Source of the DNA: Polyangiales bacterium
GTDB taxonomy: Bacteria; Myxococcota_A; Polyangia; Polyangiales; JADJQN01
Reading direction: 5' to 3'
NCBI GenBank assembly: GCA_964202905.1
Contig: CAXNJO010000010.1
Span: 32,001-96,000 of the forward strand
Length of the DNA: 64,000 bases
Below are positions 1-9,754 of this stretch, in pieces (position 1 is the first letter of the stretch; each line of letters opens with the position of its first letter). The notes beneath the pieces were generated by a model. It was not told the DNA's origin. It did no database searches and saw nothing but the letters and a program-made list of their open reading frames with translations. A program made the translations under genes and the position numbers.

Positions 1-973
1 CGGTCAACGCCTCGTTGACCCCGAGAATGACCTCGCCCGTCTCCTCGTCGATGACGTCTTCAGCGCTGACCTTGCCTTGGACCTCGGAGAGATCGAGCGG
101 CAGCCGGTCGAGGTTCGCCTCCCTCAGCTTACGGATCGCAGCGCGCGTGAACTTGCGGTTCTTGCGGACGATCACGTCGCCATCGACCTTGATGTCACGC
201 GTGGCGCGCTGGCCGGGCAGCAGGTCGAACTCGATCGACTTCGCGTACTTCTTCCCTGCCTCGAGGTAAACGGTCTCGGTATCGTAGAAGAACTTGAGCA
301 GGTCCTGCGTGCTGTACCCGAGGGCCTTCAGCAGAACGGTCGCGTGCATCTTCCGGCGCCGATCGATGCGCACATAAATGAGGTCCTTCGGGTCGAACTC
401 GAAGTCGAGCCAGGAACCCCGATAGGGAATGACGCGCGCCTGATAGAGCAGCTTGCCGGACGAGTGCGTCTTGCCTTTGTCGTGGTCGAAGAAGACGCCC
501 GGGCTTCGGTGAAGCTGCGAGACGACGACCCGCTCGGTCCCGTTGATGATGAACGTGCCGTTCTCGGTCATCAGCGGAATCTCGCCGAAGTAGACCTCCT
601 GCTCCTTGATGTCGCGAACGGCGCGGTCGGTGCCTTCGCCGGCGGCATCATAGATGATGAGCTGGATGGTGACCTTGATCGGCGCAGCGAAGGTCATACC
701 CCGCTGCCGGCACTCGTCGACGTCGTACTTCGGGCGCTCAAGCGTGTAGGCCACGAACACGAGCTCACTCGTGCCGTTGAAGTCCCGGATGGGGAAGACA
801 CTCCGGAAGACCCCCTGAAGGCCGATGTCCTCACGCTCGTGCGGGGGAATGTCGGTCTGGAGGAACTTCTCGTACGACTTCTTCTGGATGTCGATGAGGT
901 TCGGGACGTCGATGATCCGAGCGATCTTCCCGAAGCTCTGACGGATCCGGAAGTTGGTCTGAATCGAGGCCAT
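1..973 (-). CDS. rpoB: DNA-directed RNA polymerase subunit beta, N-terminal part (runs off window start)
   Basis: Manual translation [34 protein letters not shown]...[37 protein letters not shown]...[15 protein letters not shown]; follows rplL. Confidence 0.98.
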   Translation of the reverse strand, partial: MASIQTNFRIRQSFGKIARIIDVPNLIDIQKKSYEKFLQTDIPPHEREDIGLQGVFRSVFPIRDFNGTSELVFVAYTLERPKYDVDECRQRGMTFAAPIKVTIQLIIYDAAGEGTDRAVRDIKEQEVYFGEIPLMTENGTFIINGTERVVVSQLHRSPGVFFDHDKGKTHSSGKLLYQARVIPYRGSWLDFEFDPKDLIYVRIDRRRKMHATVLLKALGYSTQDLLKFFYDTETVYLEAGKKYAKSIEFDLLPGQRATRDIKVDGDVIVRKNRKFTRAAIRKLREANLDRLPLDLSEVQGKVSAEDVIDEETGEVILGVNEALT

Positions 974-1204
974 GGTAGCGGGACTCCTGACGGGTGGGCG
1001 GACACCCGTATGTGCCTAGGCAAGTACGCCTGGCTGGGACTACCGGACAGGGGCAGGACTTCCTGCAACCCCGAGCGAACCGAAAGAGCGAGACCAGAAC
1101 GGCCGGGAGCAACCCGGGCCAGAGTGACCTTGAGCGAACGCGAACCCTGCGAAGCGAAGCGGAGCGCGAGGCGGACAAGCAGAGCGACGGGCGTCGGGCA
1201 GGCT

Positions 1205-1265
1205 AGAAACGCCTGTGGGTCGCGGCGCGGGAGACACGTCTCCCTCACCGCAACCCTCAGGGCGC
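1205..1265 (-). terminator. Long imperfect hairpin in the rplL-rpoB spacer (possible attenuator/terminator)
   Basis: cgcctg-tgggtcgcgg-cgcgggagac / gtctccc-tcaccgcaaccc-tcagggcg arms, followed by TTTCT on the minus strand. Confidence 0.4.
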
Positions 1266-1293
1266 GCAGACTACGTCGACGCTTTGCCGAAGT

Positions 1294-1674
1294 TCACTTG
1301 ACGGTGACCTTCGCGCCCGCTTCTTCGAGCTTCTTCTTGAGGTCCTCGGCCTCGGCCTTGGTCACGCCCTCCTTGATGAGCTTGGGCGCGCCCTCCACGA
1401 GAGCCTTCGCCTCGGCAAGGCCGAGGCTGGTGATCTCACGGACGACCTTGATGACGTTGATCTTCTTGTCGCCGCCGCTGGTGAGCTCGACGGTGAACTC
1501 CGTCTGCTCGACGACCGCCGCAGCCGGGGCCGCGGCCACGGCCGGACCCGCCACCATCGCGGGCGCAGCCTTCACGCCCCACTTTTCCTCGAGCGCCTTC
1601 ACGAGGCCCGAGACTTCGAGAACGGTCCAGCTGCTGAGCTCGTTGACGAGCTGCTCCTGCGTCATGTTCGCCAT
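1294..1674 (-). CDS. rplL: 50S ribosomal protein L7/L12
   Basis: [13 protein letters not shown]...[35 protein letters not shown]. Confidence 0.98.
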   Translation of the reverse strand: MANMTQEQLVNELSSWTVLEVSGLVKALEEKWGVKAAPAMVAGPAVAAAPAAAVVEQTEFTVELTSGGDKKINVIKVVREITSLGLAEAKALVEGAPKLIKEGVTKAEAEDLKKKLEEAGAKVTVK

Positions 1675-1773
1675 GGTATTTCTCCGAGTCTTCTACCGGG
1701 CCTGTCGCCCGGATTACGCTGTGGTCAGGGGAACGTTGGAGGGATTGGGATCTTGCGTGGGGGAGGCTCGAGG

Positions 1774-2328
1774 CTATTCGCCGAGCTTCTCCTCCTGGGC
1801 CGCGAGCGCGTAGACAAGGTTCTGCGCGGGCGCCTGAAGCAACTGAAGCAGGTCGACGAGGGGCGCGTTGAGGGTCGCGAGCAGCATCGCCCGCATCTCG
1901 TCCTTGCCCGGCATGGTGGCGAGCTGCTCTTCGACGGCCTTGCCCTCGAAGACCATGCTCTCCAGCACGCCGCACTTGACGCCCAGCTTCTCCTGCTTGT
2001 CGCCGCCCTTCCGGAACGCCTTGACGACCTTGGCGGCCGCGGTCGGGTCCTCGAACGAGAAGGCGATGCCCGTGGGTCCCCGAAGGAACGCCTCGAACTG
2101 CTTGTGGCCCTCGAGCGGCGTGCCCTTGAGGGCCTGCTTGACGAGGGTGTTCTTCGCGACGCGGTACGTGACGCCGGCCTTGCGGAAGGCGACGCGCAGC
2201 GCGGTGACCGTCTCGACGTCGATGCCCTTGAAATCGAGCACGACCATCGAAGAGGAGCGCGTGAAGTTGTCGCGGAGCAGGCCGATCTCGACCTCTTTTT
2301 CCCGACGATTCGCGTTCATGACGGCCAC
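1774..2328 (-). CDS. rplJ: 50S ribosomal protein L10
   Basis: VVLDFKGIDVETVTALR...YRVAKNTLVKQAL...GPTGIAF; start may be ATG at 2319. Confidence 0.96.
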   Translation of the reverse strand: MAVMNANRREKEVEIGLLRDNFTRSSSMVVLDFKGIDVETVTALRVAFRKAGVTYRVAKNTLVKQALKGTPLEGHKQFEAFLRGPTGIAFSFEDPTAAAKVVKAFRKGGDKQEKLGVKCGVLESMVFEGKAVEEQLATMPGKDEMRAMLLATLNAPLVDLLQLLQAPAQNLVYALAAQEEKLGE

Positions 2329-2329
2329 G

Positions 2330-3034
2330 TCAGACCTCCTTCACCGTCTCGATCGACAGCGGGTCGATCTTGATTCCAGGCCCCATCGTCGAGCTCAGCG
2401 TGATGCTGCGCAGATAGGCACCCTTGGCGGTCGAGGGCTTGGCCTTGATGAGCGCCGCGATGAGCGTGACGACGTTGTCCGCAAGCTGCTCGGGGGCGAA
2501 GGACTTCTTCCCGACCGGCGCGTGGACGATGCCTGCCTTCTCGACGCGGAACTCAATCTTGCCGGCCTTCGCCTCGCGAACCGCCTTGCCCACGTCGAAC
2601 GTGACCGTGCCCACCTTGGGATTGGGCATGAGACCACGCGGACCGAGCACGCGACCGAGCCGACCGACCTGACCCATCATGTCCGGCGTCGCGATCACGA
2701 CGTCGAACTCCAGCCACCCCTCCGTCACCTTCGCGACCATGTCGTCGGTGCCGACATGGTCGGCGCCGGCGGCGGCCGCCTCGGCGGCCTTCTCACCCTT
2801 CGCGAACACGAGCACCCGGTTTATCTTGCCGGTGCCGTGCGGCAACACGATCGCGCCACGGACCATCTGGTCCGCGTGCTTCGGGTTGACGCCGAGGCGC
2901 ACCGCGACGTCGACGCTCTCGTCGAACTTCGCGAATGCGACCCCCTTCACGAGGGCGCAGGCTTCTTGGACCGTGTGGCGCTTCTCCCGATCGACACCCT
3001 CGATCGAGCCCTTGCGCTTTCGACCTGCTTCCAT
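2330..3034 (-). CDS. rplA: 50S ribosomal protein L1
   Basis: [24 protein letters not shown]...[16 protein letters not shown]...LSSTMGPG. Confidence 0.98.
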   Translation of the reverse strand: MEAGRKRKGSIEGVDREKRHTVQEACALVKGVAFAKFDESVDVAVRLGVNPKHADQMVRGAIVLPHGTGKINRVLVFAKGEKAAEAAAAGADHVGTDDMVAKVTEGWLEFDVVIATPDMMGQVGRLGRVLGPRGLMPNPKVGTVTFDVGKAVREAKAGKIEFRVEKAGIVHAPVGKKSFAPEQLADNVVTLIAALIKAKPSTAKGAYLRSITLSSTMGPGIKIDPLSIETVKEV

Positions 3035-3227
3035 CGTTCCTCCCTATGGACGGGTCTCGCCCCCTCGTGCCAGCACGCTGGCCCTTGGAGCCGATCGCCG
3101 CCTCCCACCTGTGCTCTCGTCGGTGGTGTGGACGGGTTCGCCCGAAGAGACCGCCTCTTCGGGCTGAGAGCCTCCAACGGGCCCACCGGAGTAGGCCCGC
3201 AGAAAACATCGCGCGAGCGCGAATGAT

Positions 3228-3668
3228 TCAGTCGACGACGTCGACGCCCATCGAGCGGGCCGTGCCAGCGATGCTGTGCATGGCGGTCTCGACGCTGGCG
3301 GCGTTCATGTCCTGAATCTTCATCTCGGCGAGCTTGCGGATCTGCGCCTGGGAGATCTTGCCGACCTTGTCCTTGTTGGGGCGCTTGCTGCCGGAACCCG
3401 GCTTCTTCCCGAGAGCGAGGCCGATCTCCTTCTTGATCAACACGGCGACCGGCGGGGTCTTCGTGATGAACGTGAAGGAGCGGTCGGAGAAGACCGTGAT
3501 CACCACCGGGATGATCATGCCTTCCTGACCCGTCGTGCGCGCGTTGAACTCCTTGCAGAAGCCCATGATGTTGACGCCGTGCTGACCGAGCGCAGGGCCG
3601 ACGGGCGGCGACGGGTTCGCCTTGCCGGCGGGGAGCTGGAGCTTGATCTGACCAGTGACCTTCTTCAT
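3228..3668 (-). CDS. rplK: 50S ribosomal protein L11
   Basis: [38 protein letters not shown]. Confidence 0.98.
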   Translation of the reverse strand: MKKVTGQIKLQLPAGKANPSPPVGPALGQHGVNIMGFCKEFNARTTGQEGMIIPVVITVFSDRSFTFITKTPPVAVLIKKEIGLALGKKPGSGSKRPNKDKVGKISQAQIRKLAEMKIQDMNAASVETAMHSIAGTARSMGVDVVD

Positions 3669-3746
3669 GGCGGGCTTCCTCGAGCTGACTGCGTTCTCTG
3701 GCGGACTGGGACTGTTCGGACGACGGGGGCGGAACCCCGCTCAAGA

Positions 3747-4280
3747 CTAAGCGGTCTTCTCGACCTGCCCGTAGTCGAGCTCGACAGGCGTGGAGCGCCC
3801 GAAGATGCTGACGAGCACGCGGACCTTCTGCTTGTCGGGCTTGACCTCTTCGATCGACCCCTGGAAATTCGCGAACGCCCCGTCGATGACCCGGACGTGG
3901 TCGCCCGCCTCGAACACGACGCGGGGCTTCGGCTTGGCGGCGCCCTCGGCAACCTGCTGGGCGATAGCGTGAATCTCAGGCTCCGGAACGGGCGTGGGAT
4001 GGCGGCCTCCCACGAAGCCGCTGACCTTGGACGTGTCCTTGATCAGATGCCAGGTGCGCTCGTTGAGGTCCATCTCCACGAAGATGTAGCCCGGGTAGAA
4101 ATTGCGGGTGGTCACGCGCTTCCCGCCACCGGCCTTGGTCTCCTGGACGTTCTCCTTGGGGATCAGGATCTGCCCGAAGAACTCCTCCATGCCGTTCTGC
4201 TTGATGCGCTCCTCGAGCGAGAGCTTTACCTTGTTTTCATAGCCCGAGTAGGCCTGGATCACGTACCACTTCTTGGACAT
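3747..4280 (-). CDS. nusG: Transcription termination/antitermination factor NusG
   Basis: KWYVIQAYSGYENKVK...FYPGYIFVEM...KOW GDHVRVIDGAFANFQG...IFGRSTPVEL. Confidence 0.98.
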   Translation of the reverse strand: MSKKWYVIQAYSGYENKVKLSLEERIKQNGMEEFFGQILIPKENVQETKAGGGKRVTTRNFYPGYIFVEMDLNERTWHLIKDTSKVSGFVGGRHPTPVPEPEIHAIAQQVAEGAAKPKPRVVFEAGDHVRVIDGAFANFQGSIEEVKPDKQKVRVLVSIFGRSTPVELDYGQVEKTA

Positions 4281-4315
4281 GGAGTCGGTCCTTCCCTCTG
4301 CAGGGGACTAGCGCG

Positions 4316-4843
4316 TCACGCCGTGTAGAGGAGGTCGGTGAGAGCAGACCAGAGGGCGTCGAACACACCGAAATAAAACGCCGCCACGACTGAGGTGACG
4401 ATGACCACGATGGTGGAGACCTGCGTCTCCTCGCGCGATGGCCAAGTGACCTTCGACAACTCGACCGCGATCTCACGGGTGAGTTGGTTGAAGCGCTCGT
4501 GACGGTAGAGGACGATCGTCGCGACGACCGCGCCGACCGCGCCGACCGCTGTGGCGATGAAAACGTTCGGCTCGGCGAAGAGATTCCACGCCAGCACCAC
4601 CGACTGCTGGAGGACCCAGAAGAGGACGAGCGCGAGCGCCGCATACGCGCCTTGAATGTAGCGCTCGAGGCCGAGCGAGCGGGTTCCAAGGGCCGCAGCC
4701 GCAGGCTCGTCGTCGTCAGACGACTCGGCGCGGCTCTCAGTCCCCTCGTCAGCGGCAGCGCCGACCGGCGTCGACGTACCGCCGCCCGCCGTGCTCTCGT
4801 CCGCCGACTCGCCGTGCTCGTCCTCGCGCTCGTCCGTCGTCAT
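4316..4843 (-). CDS. secE: Preprotein translocase subunit SecE (3-TM type, acidic N-terminal extension)
   Basis: EIAVELSKVTWPSREETQVSTIVVIV motif; between tRNA-Trp and nusG; GGAG upstream of ATG 4843. Confidence 0.93.
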   Translation of the reverse strand: MTTDEREDEHGESADESTAGGGTSTPVGAAADEGTESRAESSDDDEPAAAALGTRSLGLERYIQGAYAALALVLFWVLQQSVVLAWNLFAEPNVFIATAVGAVGAVVATIVLYRHERFNQLTREIAVELSKVTWPSREETQVSTIVVIVTSVVAAFYFGVFDALWSALTDLLYTA

Positions 4844-4887
4844 CGATTGCTCTCCGAGATGCGTCGTCATGTCGGCCAGTCCGGGGG

Positions 4888-4960
4888 CAGGCCAGGAGGG
4901 ATTCGAACCCACAACCCGCGGATTTGGAATCCGCTGCTCTACCATTGGAGCTACTGGCCT
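4888..4960 (-). tRNA. tRNA-Trp (CCA)
   Basis: AGGCCAGTAGCTCCAATGGTAGAGCAGCGGATTCCAAATCCGCGGGTTGTGGGTTCGAATCCCTCCTGGCCTG cloverleaf. Confidence 0.96.
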
Positions 4961-5079
4961 TCAGGGCTTGGAAGCCCGGTGTTCCGGCCGTCCGGCTGGA
5001 ACACCTCGAACCTTGTCGCGTTCTTCGGTCGCCGCTTCCCGCCCCGTGGTCTCACGTGGCCGACAGCGATCGGCGCGCC

Positions 5080-5241
5080 CTACTTCGTCTCGCGGTGCTC
5101 GGTGTGCTTGGCGCAGGCTGCGCAGTGCTTCTTGAGCGTGAGCCGCTCGGCCTGCTCCCCAGGTCGCCGGGCCTTGGTCTTCCGATAGTTTCTGGCACCG
5201 CACTCACTGCAGGCGAGTGCGATGCCGATCCGGTCGCTCAC
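5080..5241 (-). CDS. rpmG: 50S ribosomal protein L33, Zn-binding (C+) type; below ORF-track length cutoff
   Basis: Manual translation MSDRIGIALACSECGARNYRKTKARRPGEQAERLTLKKHCAACAKHTEHRETK; tuf-rpmG-trpT-secE synteny. Confidence 0.93.
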   Translation of the reverse strand: MSDRIGIALACSECGARNYRKTKARRPGEQAERLTLKKHCAACAKHTEHRETK

Positions 5242-5272
5242 GAGTCAAATCCCGGCGAGGCGTGACGCGGTG

Positions 5273-6463
<1,191 letters not shown>

Positions 6464-6572
6464 CGCGGCTCTCCTGTTGTCTGACGACCTGCAGATGTCT
6501 GACGACCTACAGACCCGATGTAACGCCTGATCCTGCCTGCCTGAACGTGCCTGATGAACGGGTTGGATGACG

Positions 6573-6647
6573 TGGAGCCCAGGAAGAGGATTGAACTCTC
6601 GACCTCCCCCTTACCAAGGGGGTGCTCTGCCACTGAGCTACCTGGGC
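6573..6647 (-). tRNA. tRNA-Thr (GGT)
   Basis: GCCCAGGTAGCTCAGTGGCAGAGCACCCCCTTGGTAAGGGGGAGGTCGAGAGTTCAATCCTCTTCCTGGGCTCCA. Confidence 0.96.
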
Positions 6648-6722
6648 GGGCGCGCTGCGGCTGCAGGTGGCCTGCAGCGGGGTTTTGTCGTGGGTGCTGG
6701 ATTCGGTGCCGGGTTGCAGGGG

Positions 6723-6795
6723 AGCGGGAGACCGGATTCGAACCGGCGACGTTCAGCTTGGAAGGCTGACGCTCTACCAACTGAGCTACTCCCGC
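6723..6795 (-). tRNA. tRNA-Gly (TCC)
   Basis: GCGGGAGTAGCTCAGTTGGTAGAGCGTCAGCCTTCCAAGCTGAACGTCGCCGGTTCGAATCCGGTCTCCCGCT. Confidence 0.96.
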
Positions 6796-6838
6796 AGGGA
6801 ACTGGTGTCGGACGTCCGTGCGGCGCTGGTGGACTGGG

Positions 6839-6920
6839 TGGAGGGTGATGGATTCGAACCATCGAAGGCATAGCCGGCAGATTTACAGTCTGCTCCCTTT
6901 GTCCACTCGGGTAACCCTCC
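6839..6920 (-). tRNA. tRNA-Tyr (GTA)
   Basis: GGAGGGTTACCCGAGTGGACAAAGGGAGCAGACTGTAAATCTGCCGGCTATGCCTTCGATGGTTCGAATCCATCACCCTCCA, long variable arm. Confidence 0.96.
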
Positions 6921-6954
6921 GGAGAAACCTCGAACCGAGACTTGCGACTTCACG

Positions 6955-7026
6955 AGCTAGCGACGGGAATCGAACCCACAACCCCCTGCTTACAAGGCAG
7001 GTGCTCTACCGTTGAGCTACGCCAGC
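6955..7026 (-). tRNA. tRNA-Thr (TGT)
   Basis: GCTGGCGTAGCTCAACGGTAGAGCACCTGCCTTGTAAGCAGGGGGTTGTGGGTTCGATTCCCGTCGCTAGCT; classical thr-tyr-gly-thr-tuf order. Confidence 0.94.
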
Positions 7027-7183
7027 CAGACCTCACGGACCACCGCGAGACGGACGGACGTCCGCTTTCGGGGGGCATGAGGGCGCCTTTCTTACGCTCG
7101 CCCTCCCGCACTGTCAAGCATGGTTCTGGCATGGGCGTGCATTTGGCGCCTGCGAGGGGATCACGGTCGATGCCGCAGCCGGG

Positions 7184-8452
7184 TCAGCGCGTGCCGGTGG
7201 TCGGGGCCGTGAGGGCCGCGCCGCCGCCCTCCCCGGGGGCTCCGCTCGCCGGGGGCTGGGTGGTGGCCGCCCCTGCGCCAGGGGCTCCGCTCGGGGGAGC
7301 CGGTGGCGCGCCGGGCAGATCGGCGACGAGGGCGCCCTGGACGCGGGCGAGGTCCGCGCGGGTGCGCTCGGTCCATTCTGTTCGGACGCCACTGCGGTCG
7401 ACCATCATGAGGGTCATCTCCCAGTAGCGGATCGCGTGCTGCAAGAGTGGTTTGACCATCTCGCGGAGGTTCTTGCGGTATTCGTCGGCGAAGACCGCGC
7501 GGAGATCCGGGGTGAGATCGGGGCGGGGCGGGACCGGCGCCTCGGTGATTTCCGTCCAGAACGCGTCGTACATCTGGCCGATGCGGTAGCCGCTCGCGGC
7601 CGCCCAGTGCGCGTTGCCCCGGCGGATCGTCGCGAAGTACTCGCGCTGCGCGTCGAGGAGAATCCGCGCGCGCGACTCGAGGGCGACCCTCTGCACCTCG
7701 GTCGTGCCCTCGGGGAGGCGGATCGCGCCCGCCCGCTCGCGCAGCGTCTCGGCCATGACGAAGTTCGCGGCGCCGACGGAGAAGTCGTCGCGGATCGCCT
7801 GAGCTTCCTCTTGCGAGCGGACGTACGCGAGCGCGGCGCGGGCGGCGCGCTCGGCCCCGTCGAGACGACGTGCCCCGAAGTCGGCCTGCGCCTTCCGCGC
7901 GAGGAGAGAGATGCGGTCGTCCGGGTCGAGGTCGGTGCTCACGAGGGCGGCGTCGCAGAGGGCGATCGCCTCGTCCCACAGGGACAGGCGGACGGCGATG
8001 TTCGACAGCATGAATTGCGCGTGCAGCACGTCGCGCGGGTCGCGCCCCGGGAGCGCGAGCAGCGCGCGGAACTTGTCGGCGGCGCGGGGGAGCTCGCTGC
8101 GGTCTTCGAGACAAAGGCCGCTGTTGTAGAGCGCGGGGGAGCGCAGGCGGGTCTCGGGGAACTCGCGCTCGAGTCGCTCGTACGCCGCGACGGCGTCGTC
8201 GCAGCGGCGGGCCTGAAGGAGGCCCGTCGCGTGGTCGAAGAGCATCTCCGCGTCGTAATCGGTGCCGAGGCCGGCGACGCCATCGCCGGGTGCGCCGATC
8301 CGCATCGCCTCCATCGCGACGACACGGCGGCCCGGCTGCGGCGTGGTCGGTGCCGAGCCGCGCGCCCCGGCACCGCAAGCGGCGCAGAACACGACGAGCG
8401 CGACGAGGGGGGCGTTCGAACCGAGCGAGGTCAGGGGACGCGGGGTGGGCAT
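7184..8452 (-). CDS. Tetratricopeptide-repeat (BamD/YfiO-like) putative lipoprotein
   Basis: Hydrophobic N-terminus with VFCAAC, repeats such as AVAAYERLEREFPETRLRSPALYNSGLCLE and WAAASGYRIGQMY; start uncertain. Confidence 0.7.
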   Translation of the reverse strand: MPTPRPLTSLGSNAPLVALVVFCAACGAGARGSAPTTPQPGRRVVAMEAMRIGAPGDGVAGLGTDYDAEMLFDHATGLLQARRCDDAVAAYERLEREFPETRLRSPALYNSGLCLEDRSELPRAADKFRALLALPGRDPRDVLHAQFMLSNIAVRLSLWDEAIALCDAALVSTDLDPDDRISLLARKAQADFGARRLDGAERAARAALAYVRSQEEAQAIRDDFSVGAANFVMAETLRERAGAIRLPEGTTEVQRVALESRARILLDAQREYFATIRRGNAHWAAASGYRIGQMYDAFWTEITEAPVPPRPDLTPDLRAVFADEYRKNLREMVKPLLQHAIRYWEMTLMMVDRSGVRTEWTERTRADLARVQGALVADLPGAPPAPPSGAPGAGAATTQPPASGAPGEGGGAALTAPTTGTR

Positions 8453-8622
8453 GGGAGGGCTGACAACGGTGCGCGCGGGACGTTCCGGGGCGGCGGTGAG
8501 ATGGGATGCTGCGAGACCTGCGGCGGGACGGCCCGCCACATGGCTTGCAGGGAGGGACTGGAGCGGCGCGCGCATGGCGCGGCAGCCTACCAGCGATCGC
8601 GAAGCACGCCGCGGCTGGGCAA

Positions 8623-9021
8623 TCAGGTCGCGCCGGGGGAGGCGGGGAGCGGGACGCGCGCACCTCGCGAGAGGCGCACGTACGGGCGGTAGAGCGCGCG
8701 GCGTTGTTCGTACAGGAAGGCCTCGAGGGCCTTCCGCTCGGCCCGCGCCATGGCGACGAAGCGGACGGCCTGACCGTGGAACAAGCTGTCGACGCGGTCG
8801 TGGACGACCTCCCCGCGGGTCCAGATCGGCTCGGCGAGCCCGGGAAGCGGGAGGCTGATCTGCACTTCGCGCGCGCGGTGCGCGAACGCGACGAACGGGC
8901 GCTCCACATAGACCCCCGTTGGGCTGAGATCGGTGCCGAAGCAGCGGTGGCTCTCGTCGCCGACGAGCAGGTCCACGTACACGCCGATCGGCACCCGCAC
9001 GGCTCCTCTGCGCTCGCTCAT
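8623..9021 (-). CDS. PilZ domain protein
   Basis: ERRGAVRVP (RxxxR) and TDLSPTGVYV (DxSxxG) c-di-GMP-binding motifs. Confidence 0.85.
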   Translation of the reverse strand: MSERRGAVRVPIGVYVDLLVGDESHRCFGTDLSPTGVYVERPFVAFAHRAREVQISLPLPGLAEPIWTRGEVVHDRVDSLFHGQAVRFVAMARAERKALEAFLYEQRRALYRPYVRLSRGARVPLPASPGAT

Positions 9022-9157
9022 CGTGGCCGCCCTGCGTTCCGTGTTGAGTGCGCTCATGTAGTGAATGGTAGACGTCGGACACCCTGACTCCAAGAAAGAA
9101 GTCGCGTCGCCGACCCGCGGCGCGGGGCCCGGTGCCCCGGGCTATGCTCCGCCCGCC

Positions 9158-9754
9158 GTGTGGACCGGAGCCGCCGCCACGATCGCCGCGTACATGCTCG
9201 GTTCAGTGTCGTTCGCGATACTCGTCGCGCGGCGGGCCGGGGTCGACCTCCGGGCTGCGGGGAGCGGCAACCCGGGCGCCACGAACGTCGGGCGGGTGCT
9301 CGGCCGGCGCGCGGGGCGACTGGTCCTCGCGCTCGACGCATTGAAGGGAGCGGCGCCGGCGCTCGCGGGGGTGCTTGCGTTTGGCGCGACCGATGCGCGG
9401 ACGGCGGCGATTGGGGTCGCAGCGGTCGTGGGCCATGTCTGGCCGCTCTGGCATGGGGGGCGAGGCGGGCGGGGCGCCGCGACGGGGTTGGGCGTGCTGC
9501 TCGCGACGGCGCCGCCCGCGGGCGCGCTCGCCGGGCTGGGGTACGCGGTGGCGCGGCGGGCCTCCGGGCGGGCGAGCGTGGGGTCGCTCGCGGGGGCACT
9601 GCTGGGGAGCGCGGCGCTGATCGCGTGGGAGCAGCACGCGCCGGGGCACGCGACGCCGCGGAGTTGGATGGCGCTCGGGCTGCTCGCGGTGGTCGTCGTC
9701 GCGCACACGCCGAACCTCGCGCGGCTCGCGCGGGGGCAGGAGCCGCGGACATGA
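9158..9754 (+). CDS. plsY: Glycerol-3-phosphate acyltransferase PlsY
   Basis: AYMLGSVSFA, DLRAAGSGNPGATNVGR, DALKG, GHVWPLW, GGRGAAT, HTPNLARL; ORF could start at 9065. Confidence 0.92.
   Translation: MWTGAAATIAAYMLGSVSFAILVARRAGVDLRAAGSGNPGATNVGRVLGRRAGRLVLALDALKGAAPALAGVLAFGATDARTAAIGVAAVVGHVWPLWHGGRGGRGAATGLGVLLATAPPAGALAGLGYAVARRASGRASVGSLAGALLGSAALIAWEQHAPGHATPRSWMALGLLAVVVVAHTPNLARLARGQEPRT

Noticed and set aside
77..1813. Long plus-strand ORF over rpoB/rplL, and similar long ORFs (5222-6484, 9142-12327, 36464-38758, 57831-61085, 58069-60945)
   Set aside because: Antisense or alternative-frame shadows of real genes, expected at this GC content; Arg/Ala/Pro-rich with no motifs.
3221..3230. 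GAATGATTCA, and TGAATTCA at 63113, as further copies of the dispersed palindrome
   Set aside because: Wrong spacing between half-sites; not counted.
6478..6513. 18-bp tandem duplication tgtctgacgacct(g/a)caga in the tuf leader
   Set aside because: Only two copies with no spacers; not CRISPR; no function can be supported.
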